From an uncultured Anaerolineales bacterium (lineage in GTDB: Bacteria > Chloroflexota > Anaerolineae > Anaerolineales > UBA11858), in NCBI GenBank assembly GCA_964458115.1, contig CAYWIC010000001.1, positions 11,984 through 75,983 of the forward strand: 64,000 nt of DNA. Direction: 5' to 3'. Below are positions 44,168 to 51,674 of this stretch, in pieces. The stretch's first letter is position 1. Each line of letters begins with the position of its first letter. The position numbers and the translations under genes are program-made. A model generated the notes under the pieces. That model had not been told where the DNA came from, made no database searches, and saw only the letters and a program-made list of their open reading frames with translations.

Positions 44168-46063
44168 TTAGTCTGCCAAGGTGCTGGTATCGCCTTCATC
44201 TTCACCGAGAGCTTGCGCTTTGAGCAGTCGGCGCATGATCTTTCCACTGCGAGTTTTCGGCAGGCTATCAACGAAGGAGATGCTCTCTGGTTTTGCAATG
44301 GGCCCCATTTCTTTGCCAACATGTTCGATCAATTTATTTACCAGATCATCACTCCCCGTTTGACCAGCATTCAAAATTACATAGGCATGTACAGCGCTGC
44401 CTTTGATATCGTGCGGAAGACCGATCACGGCCGCTTCGGCAACAGTGACATGGCTAACCAATGCGCTTTCGACTTCAGCAGTGCCCAATCGGTAGCCACT
44501 CACCTTGAGGACATCATCCATACGCCCGATGACCCAGATATAGCCGTCCTTGTCCTTGCGCGCCGAGTCGCCAGTTTGGTACATATCCCCAAACTTTCCC
44601 CAGTATTGCTGTTTATAGCGCTCATCATCCCCATATACGGTACGTAGCATCCCCGGCCAGGGTCTTTTTAGCACCAGATAGCCTTCTTCGCCTGCTTTGA
44701 CGGATTTCCCATCGTCATCCACGACATCGACTTCATGTCCGAAGAACGGTTTCGTTGCCGAACCGGGCTTGAGAGGCGTTGTTGGCAACGGTGTGATTAC
44801 GAAGCCCCCGGTTTCAGTCTGCCACCAGGTATCCATGATGGGACACTCATCGTTGCCAATCACCTTGCAATACCATCTCCAGGCTTCGGGATTGATAGGC
44901 TCTCCCACGCTTCCAAGCAGGCGCAAGCTCGAAAGATCATAACGTTTCGGCCATGCATCGCCGTAGCGCATTAGTCCTCGTATGGCGGTAGGTGCGGTGT
45001 AAAGGATCGAAATTCCAAACTTTTCGATCATGCGCCACCAGCGATAGGGATATGGATAGTTCGGTGCGCCCTCATACATGAAGCTGGTTGCTCCGGCGAT
45101 CAACGGAGAATAAACAATATAACTATGACCGGTGATCCAACCGGGGTCAGCAGCACACCACCAACGGTCTTCATCCTTGATATCGAAGACGGACTTCAGG
45201 GTGGTATACGTATAAACCTGATAGCCGCCATGGGTATGAACAACTCCCTTTGGGCGACCAGTAGTACCCGAAGTATACAGAATGAAAAGCAGATCTTCGG
45301 CATCCATGAATTCGGTTTCGCATTTAGGGTTGGCGATGGGCAATTCCAATAGATCGTGGTACCAGTAATCCCGCCCGGTTTCCATATAGATTTCCTGTTC
45401 GGTGCGTTTGACCACAATGCAATTTTCGATGGTAGGTTGACGAGCCATGGCTTCATCGGCGATATTCTTCAACTCTACGATTTTGCCGCGCAGCCAACCG
45501 CCATCAGCAGTGACTAGCACACGGCTTTGAGCATCTTCGATGCGCTCAGCCAACGCCTCCACACTGAAGCCACCGTAAACCACGCTATGTGCAGCACCAA
45601 TCTTGGCGCAGGCCAGCATCGCGAATACTTGCTCAGGGATGCGCGGCATATAGATAGTTACGATGTCCCCTTTCTGCACGCCCATGCTCTTGAGAATATT
45701 GGCCATCTTGCTGACCTCACGATCTATGGCGTGATAGGAAAACGTGCGCACATCGCCGGGCTCGCCTTCCCAGATCAGTGCCAGTTTATTACGCCGCCAG
45801 GTTTTCAGATGTCGGTCAATGGCGTTGTGGACGATATTGGTTTTGGCACCCACGAACCACTTGAAGAAAGGAGCATTACTATCATCCAGAACCCTGTCCC
45901 ATTTTTGGAACCATTCCAGTTGCTCAGCTCGTTCAGCCCAAAAGCCCTCCGGATCTTCAATGGATTGTTGGTACCAGGTTTCATAGTCCTGAACGTTAGC
46001 ATTTTGCACGATATCCTGGGATGGAAAAAATACTTCCCCCTCGATTTTTTGATCTTTTAACAT
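44168..46063 (-). CDS. acs: acetyl-CoA synthetase
   Basis: YTSGTTGRPKGV AMP-binding motif, WWQTETGG, YQTGDSARKDKDGYIW, and C-terminal PKTRSGKIMRR. The ATG at 46063 follows AGGAGGA. Confidence 0.95.
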   Translation of the reverse strand: MLKDQKIEGEVFFPSQDIVQNANVQDYETWYQQSIEDPEGFWAERAEQLEWFQKWDRVLDDSNAPFFKWFVGAKTNIVHNAIDRHLKTWRRNKLALIWEGEPGDVRTFSYHAIDREVSKMANILKSMGVQKGDIVTIYMPRIPEQVFAMLACAKIGAAHSVVYGGFSVEALAERIEDAQSRVLVTADGGWLRGKIVELKNIADEAMARQPTIENCIVVKRTEQEIYMETGRDYWYHDLLELPIANPKCETEFMDAEDLLFILYTSGTTGRPKGVVHTHGGYQVYTYTTLKSVFDIKDEDRWWCAADPGWITGHSYIVYSPLIAGATSFMYEGAPNYPYPYRWWRMIEKFGISILYTAPTAIRGLMRYGDAWPKRYDLSSLRLLGSVGEPINPEAWRWYCKVIGNDECPIMDTWWQTETGGFVITPLPTTPLKPGSATKPFFGHEVDVVDDDGKSVKAGEEGYLVLKRPWPGMLRTVYGDDERYKQQYWGKFGDMYQTGDSARKDKDGYIWVIGRMDDVLKVSGYRLGTAEVESALVSHVTVAEAAVIGLPHDIKGSAVHAYVILNAGQTGSDDLVNKLIEHVGKEMGPIAKPESISFVDSLPKTRSGKIMRRLLKAQALGEDEGDTSTLAD

Positions 46064-46246
46064 GCTCTTTCCTCCTCGAATGAATAAGGGATACGAATAA
46101 GCGATTATTTCATACAATCCTCTAAAACCCAATTCTTTCGAGATGGTTTCGTATCGACGGCGATTCCCATAGACTCAACCTCGAAAATTACCGTAATTGG
46201 ATAAATTTAGTTATAATATCAGGAGTTACGCACTTGAAGTGGATTG

Positions 46247-46373
46247 GGCTGGGAATAGGGGGTGGGGGGGGGGGCGCCCCCCCCCCCCGGGGCGCCCCCC
46301 CCCCTTTTTGGGGGGGGGGGGGGGTTTTGGGGGGGGGGGGGGCCCCCCCCCCCCCCACCCCCTATTCCCAGCC
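46247..46373. repeat. 127-bp palindrome made of long G and C homopolymer runs
   Basis: GGCTGGGAATAGGGGG-T-G11-CG-C12-G4-CG-C10-T5-G15-T4-G14-C14-A-CCCCCTATTCCCAGCC. The outer arms are perfectly complementary over 28 nt. Confidence 0.8.
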
Positions 46374-46431
46374 ATTTTTTCGCTGGACTGCGTACGTCCT
46401 AAATATGTAGTTTTATCCATGGAGGATCAGT

Positions 46432-47262
46432 ATGGAACGCGACAGTTTTCTCATTGAAGCCGATGAGTTGCTTACCAAAATCAAAGACCCCGATATCCGC
46501 ATTTACGATGCCACGATCATGTTCCACATGGGCATGAGCCCAGAGGAAGCCGCCAAAATGCCGACAGCCCAAGAGATTTATCTTCAGGGGCATATCCCCG
46601 GCGCGGCCTTCTTCAACCACCTGGATTTCTCGGATACCGATAGTCCCTACGAGTACATGCTGGCTGCGGATGACAAACTGGCGGACCAGATCGGGAAAAT
46701 CGGTATCGCAAATGTTTCCGAGGTTATCTTGTATGCTACCACTCTTTTGGCTACCGCCACGCGGGCCTGGTGGTTGCTGCGCTATGCCGGTGTGGAAAAT
46801 GTGCGTGTGCTCAACGGCGGTTTCCCAACATGGAAGGAAGCGGGCGGGGCCATTGAACAGGATGCGCGGTTTTATCCAGCGGTCCAGTTTGATGCCCAAT
46901 TCGATGCGGACATGTTTGCCAATAAGAAAGAAGTGCAGTCCGCTATTGAAAACGACGACGTGACCGTCCAGAACTCCCTGACGCAGGACTGGCATGACGA
47001 TGAGCACATACCAGGTTCCACTTGCCTGCCGCTCACGGACCTGACGATTGGATGGGACGCTTTCTTGCCGGAGGATCAGTTGGGGGCGCTCCTACCGGGC
47101 ACCGACCGTCAAAAGCGCATCATCACCTACTGTGGGGGTGGCGTTGCTGCAACGCTGAACGCCATGGCTTATATGATGAACGGCTTCGAGAATGTGGCCG
47201 TTTATGATGGTTCCTTGTATGAATGGATTGGGGAAGGGTTGCCAGTGGCAAGTAATGAGTAG
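46432..47262 (+). CDS. two-domain rhodanese-like sulfurtransferase
   Basis: Tandem rhodanese domains with the active-site loop YCGGGVAAT in the second. A GGAGGA ribosome-binding site precedes the start. Confidence 0.8.
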   Translation: MERDSFLIEADELLTKIKDPDIRIYDATIMFHMGMSPEEAAKMPTAQEIYLQGHIPGAAFFNHLDFSDTDSPYEYMLAADDKLADQIGKIGIANVSEVILYATTLLATATRAWWLLRYAGVENVRVLNGGFPTWKEAGGAIEQDARFYPAVQFDAQFDADMFANKKEVQSAIENDDVTVQNSLTQDWHDDEHIPGSTCLPLTDLTIGWDAFLPEDQLGALLPGTDRQKRIITYCGGGVAATLNAMAYMMNGFENVAVYDGSLYEWIGEGLPVASNE

Positions 47263-47397
47263 TGTGGATCTTTCCATTTGAAAAAAACACGGCATTTGCA
47301 GTTCACGCAGGTCCGATAATGCATGAGGCATCCAGAATTTAAGAAATATATCGATATTTGATAGAAAATCACTCCCGACACTCTCTCGCTGGTAGTA

Positions 47398-47448
47398 GAA
47401 AAAATAGGGTTCCAGCAGCATTTTGCGCTGCTGGAACCCTATTTTTTC
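47398..47448. terminator. bidirectional intrinsic terminator (GGTTCCAGC stem family)
   Basis: AAAAAATAGGGTTCCAGCAGC-loop-GCTGCTGGAACCCTATTTTTT between convergent genes. Confidence 0.7.
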
Positions 47449-47456
47449 GAAATGCA

Positions 47457-47497
47457 TCCCCCCTTCCCCATTTCATTAAAAGAGGGGAAGGGGGGAC
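47457..47497. repeat. second hairpin in the same convergent gap
   Basis: TCCCCCCTTCCCC-14 nt-GGGGAAGGGGGGA. Confidence 0.5.
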
Positions 47498-47583
47498 GCG
47501 AAGCAGGGGGAATGGAGAAAACAGACATGACACACCAGAATATTAAATTCAGGGTGTGTCATGTTTCTAAAACTGGGTGAGGT

Positions 47584-49605
47584 TTACCTGAAGAGAAAAT
47601 CCGAATTGGGGATCTCCGGCATGGAAATTGGTTGTGAGTACAGGTACGCACCATCAGGATACAACATATCACCAAGCATCTCTTCTCGGAAAGCCATCAA
47701 CTGGGCTTCTTGCTCCCTGGTCAACGATGAGCCGACCTGGGCAAAGTTTTCAGCGAAATTGTAGATGATTGCGCCATCCAACTCGCCGTATTCTTCCATC
47801 CAGGCCAAGACAGCATCCATATCAGCGGATTCACCAGCCATGAACTTGCGCAGGTCGACGGCGACCAGTTGGCGTGTATCTACGATCTCCAGCAGGTAGG
47901 GTCGTTGGATGTCTACTAGGCCAGTTAAGAGCTGCGCCTGGTCTGGGGTTAGGGTATTCAACATGGCTTCCCCCATATCTCCTGTCAGGTTGGATGAGAT
48001 GGTGTAATCGGGGTTGCCCATGGCGGGAGCATCTTTGAGATAGAACGAACCAAAGTAGGTCCCTTGGCGTTCGGGGCAGAAGTACACATCTGCTTCGACC
48101 GAGCCGAGATACCAACTGAACATGTCACCGGCATAAGTCATCACAGCGACTTTGACATCCCGGTCCAGGCCGCGTATATCGGAAGGCTCCTCAACATCTG
48201 GCCAATCGAGCATCCCTACGCCAACCAGTGCCTCCAGATAGTTTTGCTGAGATTCATCCAAAGCGCTAAGCATGCCGCCCATCACCTGCGCCCTCTCGAA
48301 GCTGATCTCGCCATCCAGCCGATAGAGATCAGCTGAGTAATCCTTGACAGCTTCTTCGTCCAAGCGTGACGTTCCGGCCGGGAGATCACCATCCAGCAAG
48401 CGGCGGAAAGCGTCCATCAGGACAAAACGCATTTCAGCGTACTCATCAATGGAGTCAACTTGACCCTCGGCCAGAGTCACCAGCTCGGAGCGCTGCTCAG
48501 GGGTCAGCACATTGAGCATGTTGAAGGCGGCTTGGGTCAGGAAATCAGTGTTATGCCCCATCTCGGTGGGGTCGTTATCACGCAGGTACTGAAAACCCCA
48601 GAAATCAGCCACCTTGCCAGGAGGGAAGAAGGAATCAGCACCCAGGTCGCCGGTCAGAAAAGCCAGGGCGTCGAAGGAAATTGTCATCTCCTGTGCATGG
48701 TCTGAGATAGCCTGTTCAATATTGTATGCAGCTCCATTCTCAGCGGGCGGTCTTCCATCGCTTGGATCACGCTCGCTGGGATGTTGTGCGTCAAGAGGGC
48801 CATCAGATTGGTTTTCGGGCGGACCCTCGAACGGATCTCGTTGGGGTGAGCAGGCCAGCTGATCCTGAACAACTTCACAGACCCCTGTTTCAGGACCATT
48901 GTTGGATGTAAATTCACAGGCATCTTGTTCAATCCCTCCACTGCAGGCAGCGATGGCCTCCTGTGGGGGTGTTCCTCCAAGGGCAGCAAGTTGCCCTGGA
49001 TTAGTTTGATCATTATTGTCGCCGGGCTGCTGGAGGTCAGATGATCCACCTGTTTGGTTTTCGGGCGGACTGTCAGACGGATCGCGTTGGGGTGAGCAAG
49101 CTAGTTGTTCTTGTACCACTTCACAGACGCCTGTTTCAGTACCCTGGTTGAATGAAAATTCACAGGCATCTTGCTCAACTCCTCCATTACAGGCAGCGAT
49201 GGCTTCCTGTGGGGGTGTTCCTCCAGGAGCAGGGGGCTGTTGGCCGTTACCTGTATCCCCGCTTTCCCTTGGCGGAGGTTGCTGGCCGCTGCCAAGGTCC
49301 CGGTTTTGCGGGGGTTGTTGCCCATTCTGCGTCCCTTCATCTTCTCTGGGAGGGGGCGGCTGATTATTGTCAGAACCCTCTCTTGGCGGGGGTGGAGGCT
49401 GGCTGTTGTCTGAACCTTCTCTTAGTGGAGGTGGGGGAGCGTTATTCTGGCTGTCACTTGGAGGAGGTGATTCCTGCCCGAGTTCATCTTCGACTAATTG
49501 AATTACTGGAGCCTCATCGAGTTGATCCGCGGCAACGATGCCTGGTGTACAGACAAGTGCCAGCAAGGTTACGAGCAGAATATTGTAAATGGGTTTGGTG
49601 TTCAT
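47584..49605 (-). CDS. secreted protein: Pro-rich repeats, two tandem 4-Cys modules, ~400-aa unassigned C-terminal domain
   Basis: A signal peptide, then QPPPPPREGSDN repeats. The sequence TPPQEAIAAC..C..C..ACSPQRDP appears twice with an ~82-aa period. The C-terminal domain has no motif I recognise. Confidence 0.6.
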   Translation of the reverse strand: MNTKPIYNILLVTLLALVCTPGIVAADQLDEAPVIQLVEDELGQESPPPSDSQNNAPPPPLREGSDNSQPPPPPREGSDNNQPPPPREDEGTQNGQQPPQNRDLGSGQQPPPRESGDTGNGQQPPAPGGTPPQEAIAACNGGVEQDACEFSFNQGTETGVCEVVQEQLACSPQRDPSDSPPENQTGGSSDLQQPGDNNDQTNPGQLAALGGTPPQEAIAACSGGIEQDACEFTSNNGPETGVCEVVQDQLACSPQRDPFEGPPENQSDGPLDAQHPSERDPSDGRPPAENGAAYNIEQAISDHAQEMTISFDALAFLTGDLGADSFFPPGKVADFWGFQYLRDNDPTEMGHNTDFLTQAAFNMLNVLTPEQRSELVTLAEGQVDSIDEYAEMRFVLMDAFRRLLDGDLPAGTSRLDEEAVKDYSADLYRLDGEISFERAQVMGGMLSALDESQQNYLEALVGVGMLDWPDVEEPSDIRGLDRDVKVAVMTYAGDMFSWYLGSVEADVYFCPERQGTYFGSFYLKDAPAMGNPDYTISSNLTGDMGEAMLNTLTPDQAQLLTGLVDIQRPYLLEIVDTRQLVAVDLRKFMAGESADMDAVLAWMEEYGELDGAIIYNFAENFAQVGSSLTREQEAQLMAFREEMLGDMLYPDGAYLYSQPISMPEIPNSDFLFR
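48841..48969 (-). other. 4-Cys module, second copy in the 673-aa secreted protein
   Basis: PPQEAIAACSGGIEQDACEFTSNNGPETGVCEVVQDQLACSPQ. Confidence 0.6.
49087..49215 (-). other. 4-Cys module, first copy in the 673-aa secreted protein
   Basis: PPQEAIAACNGGVEQDACEFSFNQGTETGVCEVVQEQLACSPQ. Confidence 0.6.
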
Positions 49606-49798
49606 TACTTTCTCCTTTCGTTTGTCATGTTCTAAATCTAAAGGTTCTCAGGAAAAAGAGAGAGTGGCCGCTGTCACCCTTTGAGGCGCACAGGCATGAG
49701 GCCACTCCTCAATTACCATGACTCCAGTCATGGTTCATCATCAAAAACCGTGACACTCTATAGAAGTGGCCTGTGATATTGCATGATATGATAAGAAT

Positions 49799-51058
49799 AT
49801 GCGACGGGACAAATTCAAGGGCAAACAAATACAGCGCATTGCTGCCTGGATGTGGATTGGCTACCTGCTGGCAATGACTTTGGTGGATTCAACCATCTAT
49901 AGAGATTTCTTGAATTCGCCATTGGCGCTTTATGCCTGGACGAATGGCTTGGCAGCGCTGTGCTTTCTTGGTTTAGCATATTGGGGTTGGGCACAAAAAC
50001 GGTTGGAGGATGCTTACTTCCCATTGCTGATCCTGCTGATCTCGGTGACTCCGATATTGCTGCACCACCTCCTCTTGCCGCAGTTGCCGCCGGGTCCGTT
50101 GTCCAACGCCGAGGGGATGATCATGCGGCAGTTGCCCGTTCACTTCATTGGTCTCATTCTGGTTGCCTGGCAATACTCTTGGGGGCCAATCATTTTCTAT
50201 AGTATTGGGACGGCAGCCTTCGAATTGCTGATCATCATGCTGTTCAAACGGGTCAATCCCGGTACTTTCACTATTATCGTTTTAATCACCGTCATTCGTA
50301 CGATTAGTTTCCTGGTGATTGGCATCTTCATTCATCGTCTGATGTCTCGACTGCGAGCCCAGCAAGATTCCCTCCGACAGGCAAACCTGCAGCTCAAGCA
50401 CTATGCCAGCACACTCGAGAACCTGACCATCAGCCGGGAGCGTAACCGCATGGCTCGCGAGCTGCATGACACCTTAGCCCATACCCTGAGCGGTTTGTCA
50501 GTACAGTTAGAGACTGTCAAGGCCTACTGGGAAGTGGAACCAAATACCGCTCAAAACCTACTCGATCAATCTTTAGCGGCCACCCGCTCCGGTTTGGATG
50601 AAACCCGCCGGGCACTGAAAGCCCTGAGAGCCACTCCGTTAGATGATTTGGGCTTAGGTATGGCAATCCGCAATTTGGCAGAAACCGCCGTGAACAGAAG
50701 CACCTTAAAACTGAGTCTGATGCTCCCGGAACAAATCCCAACCCTGTCTCCAGATATCGAACAGTGCATCTATCGTGTTGCCCAAGAGGCGATTGAAAAT
50801 GTGACCCAGCACGCCAATGCCCGAAACCTGGCCCTCCGACTGACGTTTGATGAGGACACTGGTATTCTCAAAGTTCAGGATGACGGCCTGGGGTTTGATG
50901 TGCGGCAGAGAGAAAAGACAGGCCATTTTGGTTTATCTGGGATGCGCGAACGCGCCCATCTGGCAGGTGGCAAATTGACCATCGACAGCCAACCTGAGAA
51001 AGGGACCATCGTCAAGCTAATTCTAAAAGGAATTATCGATGAGAGTGATCATCTGTGA
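49799..51058 (+). CDS. membrane sensor histidine kinase, HisKA_3 (NarX/LiaS-like) type
   Basis: Multi-TM N-terminal half, H-box RERNRMARELHDTLAHTL, and a HATPase domain (DDGLGFD, GHFGLSGMRERA). Confidence 0.85.
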   Translation: MRRDKFKGKQIQRIAAWMWIGYLLAMTLVDSTIYRDFLNSPLALYAWTNGLAALCFLGLAYWGWAQKRLEDAYFPLLILLISVTPILLHHLLLPQLPPGPLSNAEGMIMRQLPVHFIGLILVAWQYSWGPIIFYSIGTAAFELLIIMLFKRVNPGTFTIIVLITVIRTISFLVIGIFIHRLMSRLRAQQDSLRQANLQLKHYASTLENLTISRERNRMARELHDTLAHTLSGLSVQLETVKAYWEVEPNTAQNLLDQSLAATRSGLDETRRALKALRATPLDDLGLGMAIRNLAETAVNRSTLKLSLMLPEQIPTLSPDIEQCIYRVAQEAIENVTQHANARNLALRLTFDEDTGILKVQDDGLGFDVRQREKTGHFGLSGMRERAHLAGGKLTIDSQPEKGTIVKLILKGIIDESDHL

Positions 51059-51671
51059 CGATCAGGCTATTATCCGTGATGGCCTGGAAATGCTCTTGAA
51101 ATTAGAGAAGGATATCGAGGTAGTCGGGCTCGCTCAAGACGGAGCCGAAGCCGTGGAGTTAGCAGAGCGAGAATCCCCGGACCTGGTGTTGATGGATTTG
51201 AAAATGCCAGGGATGAATGGCGTAGAAGCCACCCGGCGCATTCGAACCCATCATCCCGAGATCAAAGTACTGGTGCTAACCACCTACGATGATGACGAGT
51301 GGGTTTTCGATGCCATCCGGGCTGGGGCATCAGGATACCTGCTTAAGGATACCCCCCGTGAAGCTGTCGTTGATGCTATCCGAGGAACCGTAGAAGGGAA
51401 GTCATTCGTAGATCCAGCTGTCACGGGCAAACTACTAAACCAATTGGCCAGCAAGCAGGAGCAACCCACATCGTTGATCATTGATAAACTGACTGGACGA
51501 GAAGCAGATGTGTTGTGCCTTATCGCTCGTGGCCTGAGCAACACTGAAATCGCTGAAGAACTCCACCTTTCCGAGGGGACAGTGCGCAATCATGTCAGCG
51601 CAATTTTTTCGAAATTGGATGTCTCAGATCGCACCCAGGCCGCGATTATGGCGATTCAGCATGGGTTGTAA
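51039..51671 (+). CDS. NarL/LuxR-family response regulator
   Basis: Receiver domain (VIICDD, DLVLMDLKMPGMNG) and a LuxR HTH (LTGREADVLCLIARGLSNTEIAEELHLSEGTVRNH). The start overlaps the kinase stop by 20 nt. Confidence 0.9.
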   Translation: MRVIICDDQAIIRDGLEMLLKLEKDIEVVGLAQDGAEAVELAERESPDLVLMDLKMPGMNGVEATRRIRTHHPEIKVLVLTTYDDDEWVFDAIRAGASGYLLKDTPREAVVDAIRGTVEGKSFVDPAVTGKLLNQLASKQEQPTSLIIDKLTGREADVLCLIARGLSNTEIAEELHLSEGTVRNHVSAIFSKLDVSDRTQAAIMAIQHGL

Positions 51672-51674
51672 TTT

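Noticed and set aside
45527-46060. 177-aa ORF on the plus strand
   Set aside because: It is antisense to acs.
46197-46457. ORFs 46197-46457 (+) and 46226-46420 (-), which translate to poly-Gly/Pro peptides
   Set aside because: They are simply the translation of the G/C homopolymer palindrome. They have no ribosome-binding site and no protein-like composition, and both strands give the same kind of product.
46399-47007. 202-aa ORF on the minus strand
   Set aside because: It is antisense to the rhodanese gene, which has a good ribosome-binding site and an active-site loop.
49152-49721. 189-aa ORF on the plus strand
   Set aside because: It is antisense to the Pro-rich N-terminal part of the 673-aa secreted protein. 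Its length is a side effect of repetitive GC-rich codons.
49746-49767. TCTATAGAAGT, a partial match (9 of 11) to the regulon half-site, upstream of the 673-aa secreted protein gene
   Set aside because: There is only one half-site, the preceding 11 bp do not match, and there is no TGn-TAnnnT box at the fixed 9-bp distance. It lies about 150 bp from the start codon and closer to the divergent kinase gene.
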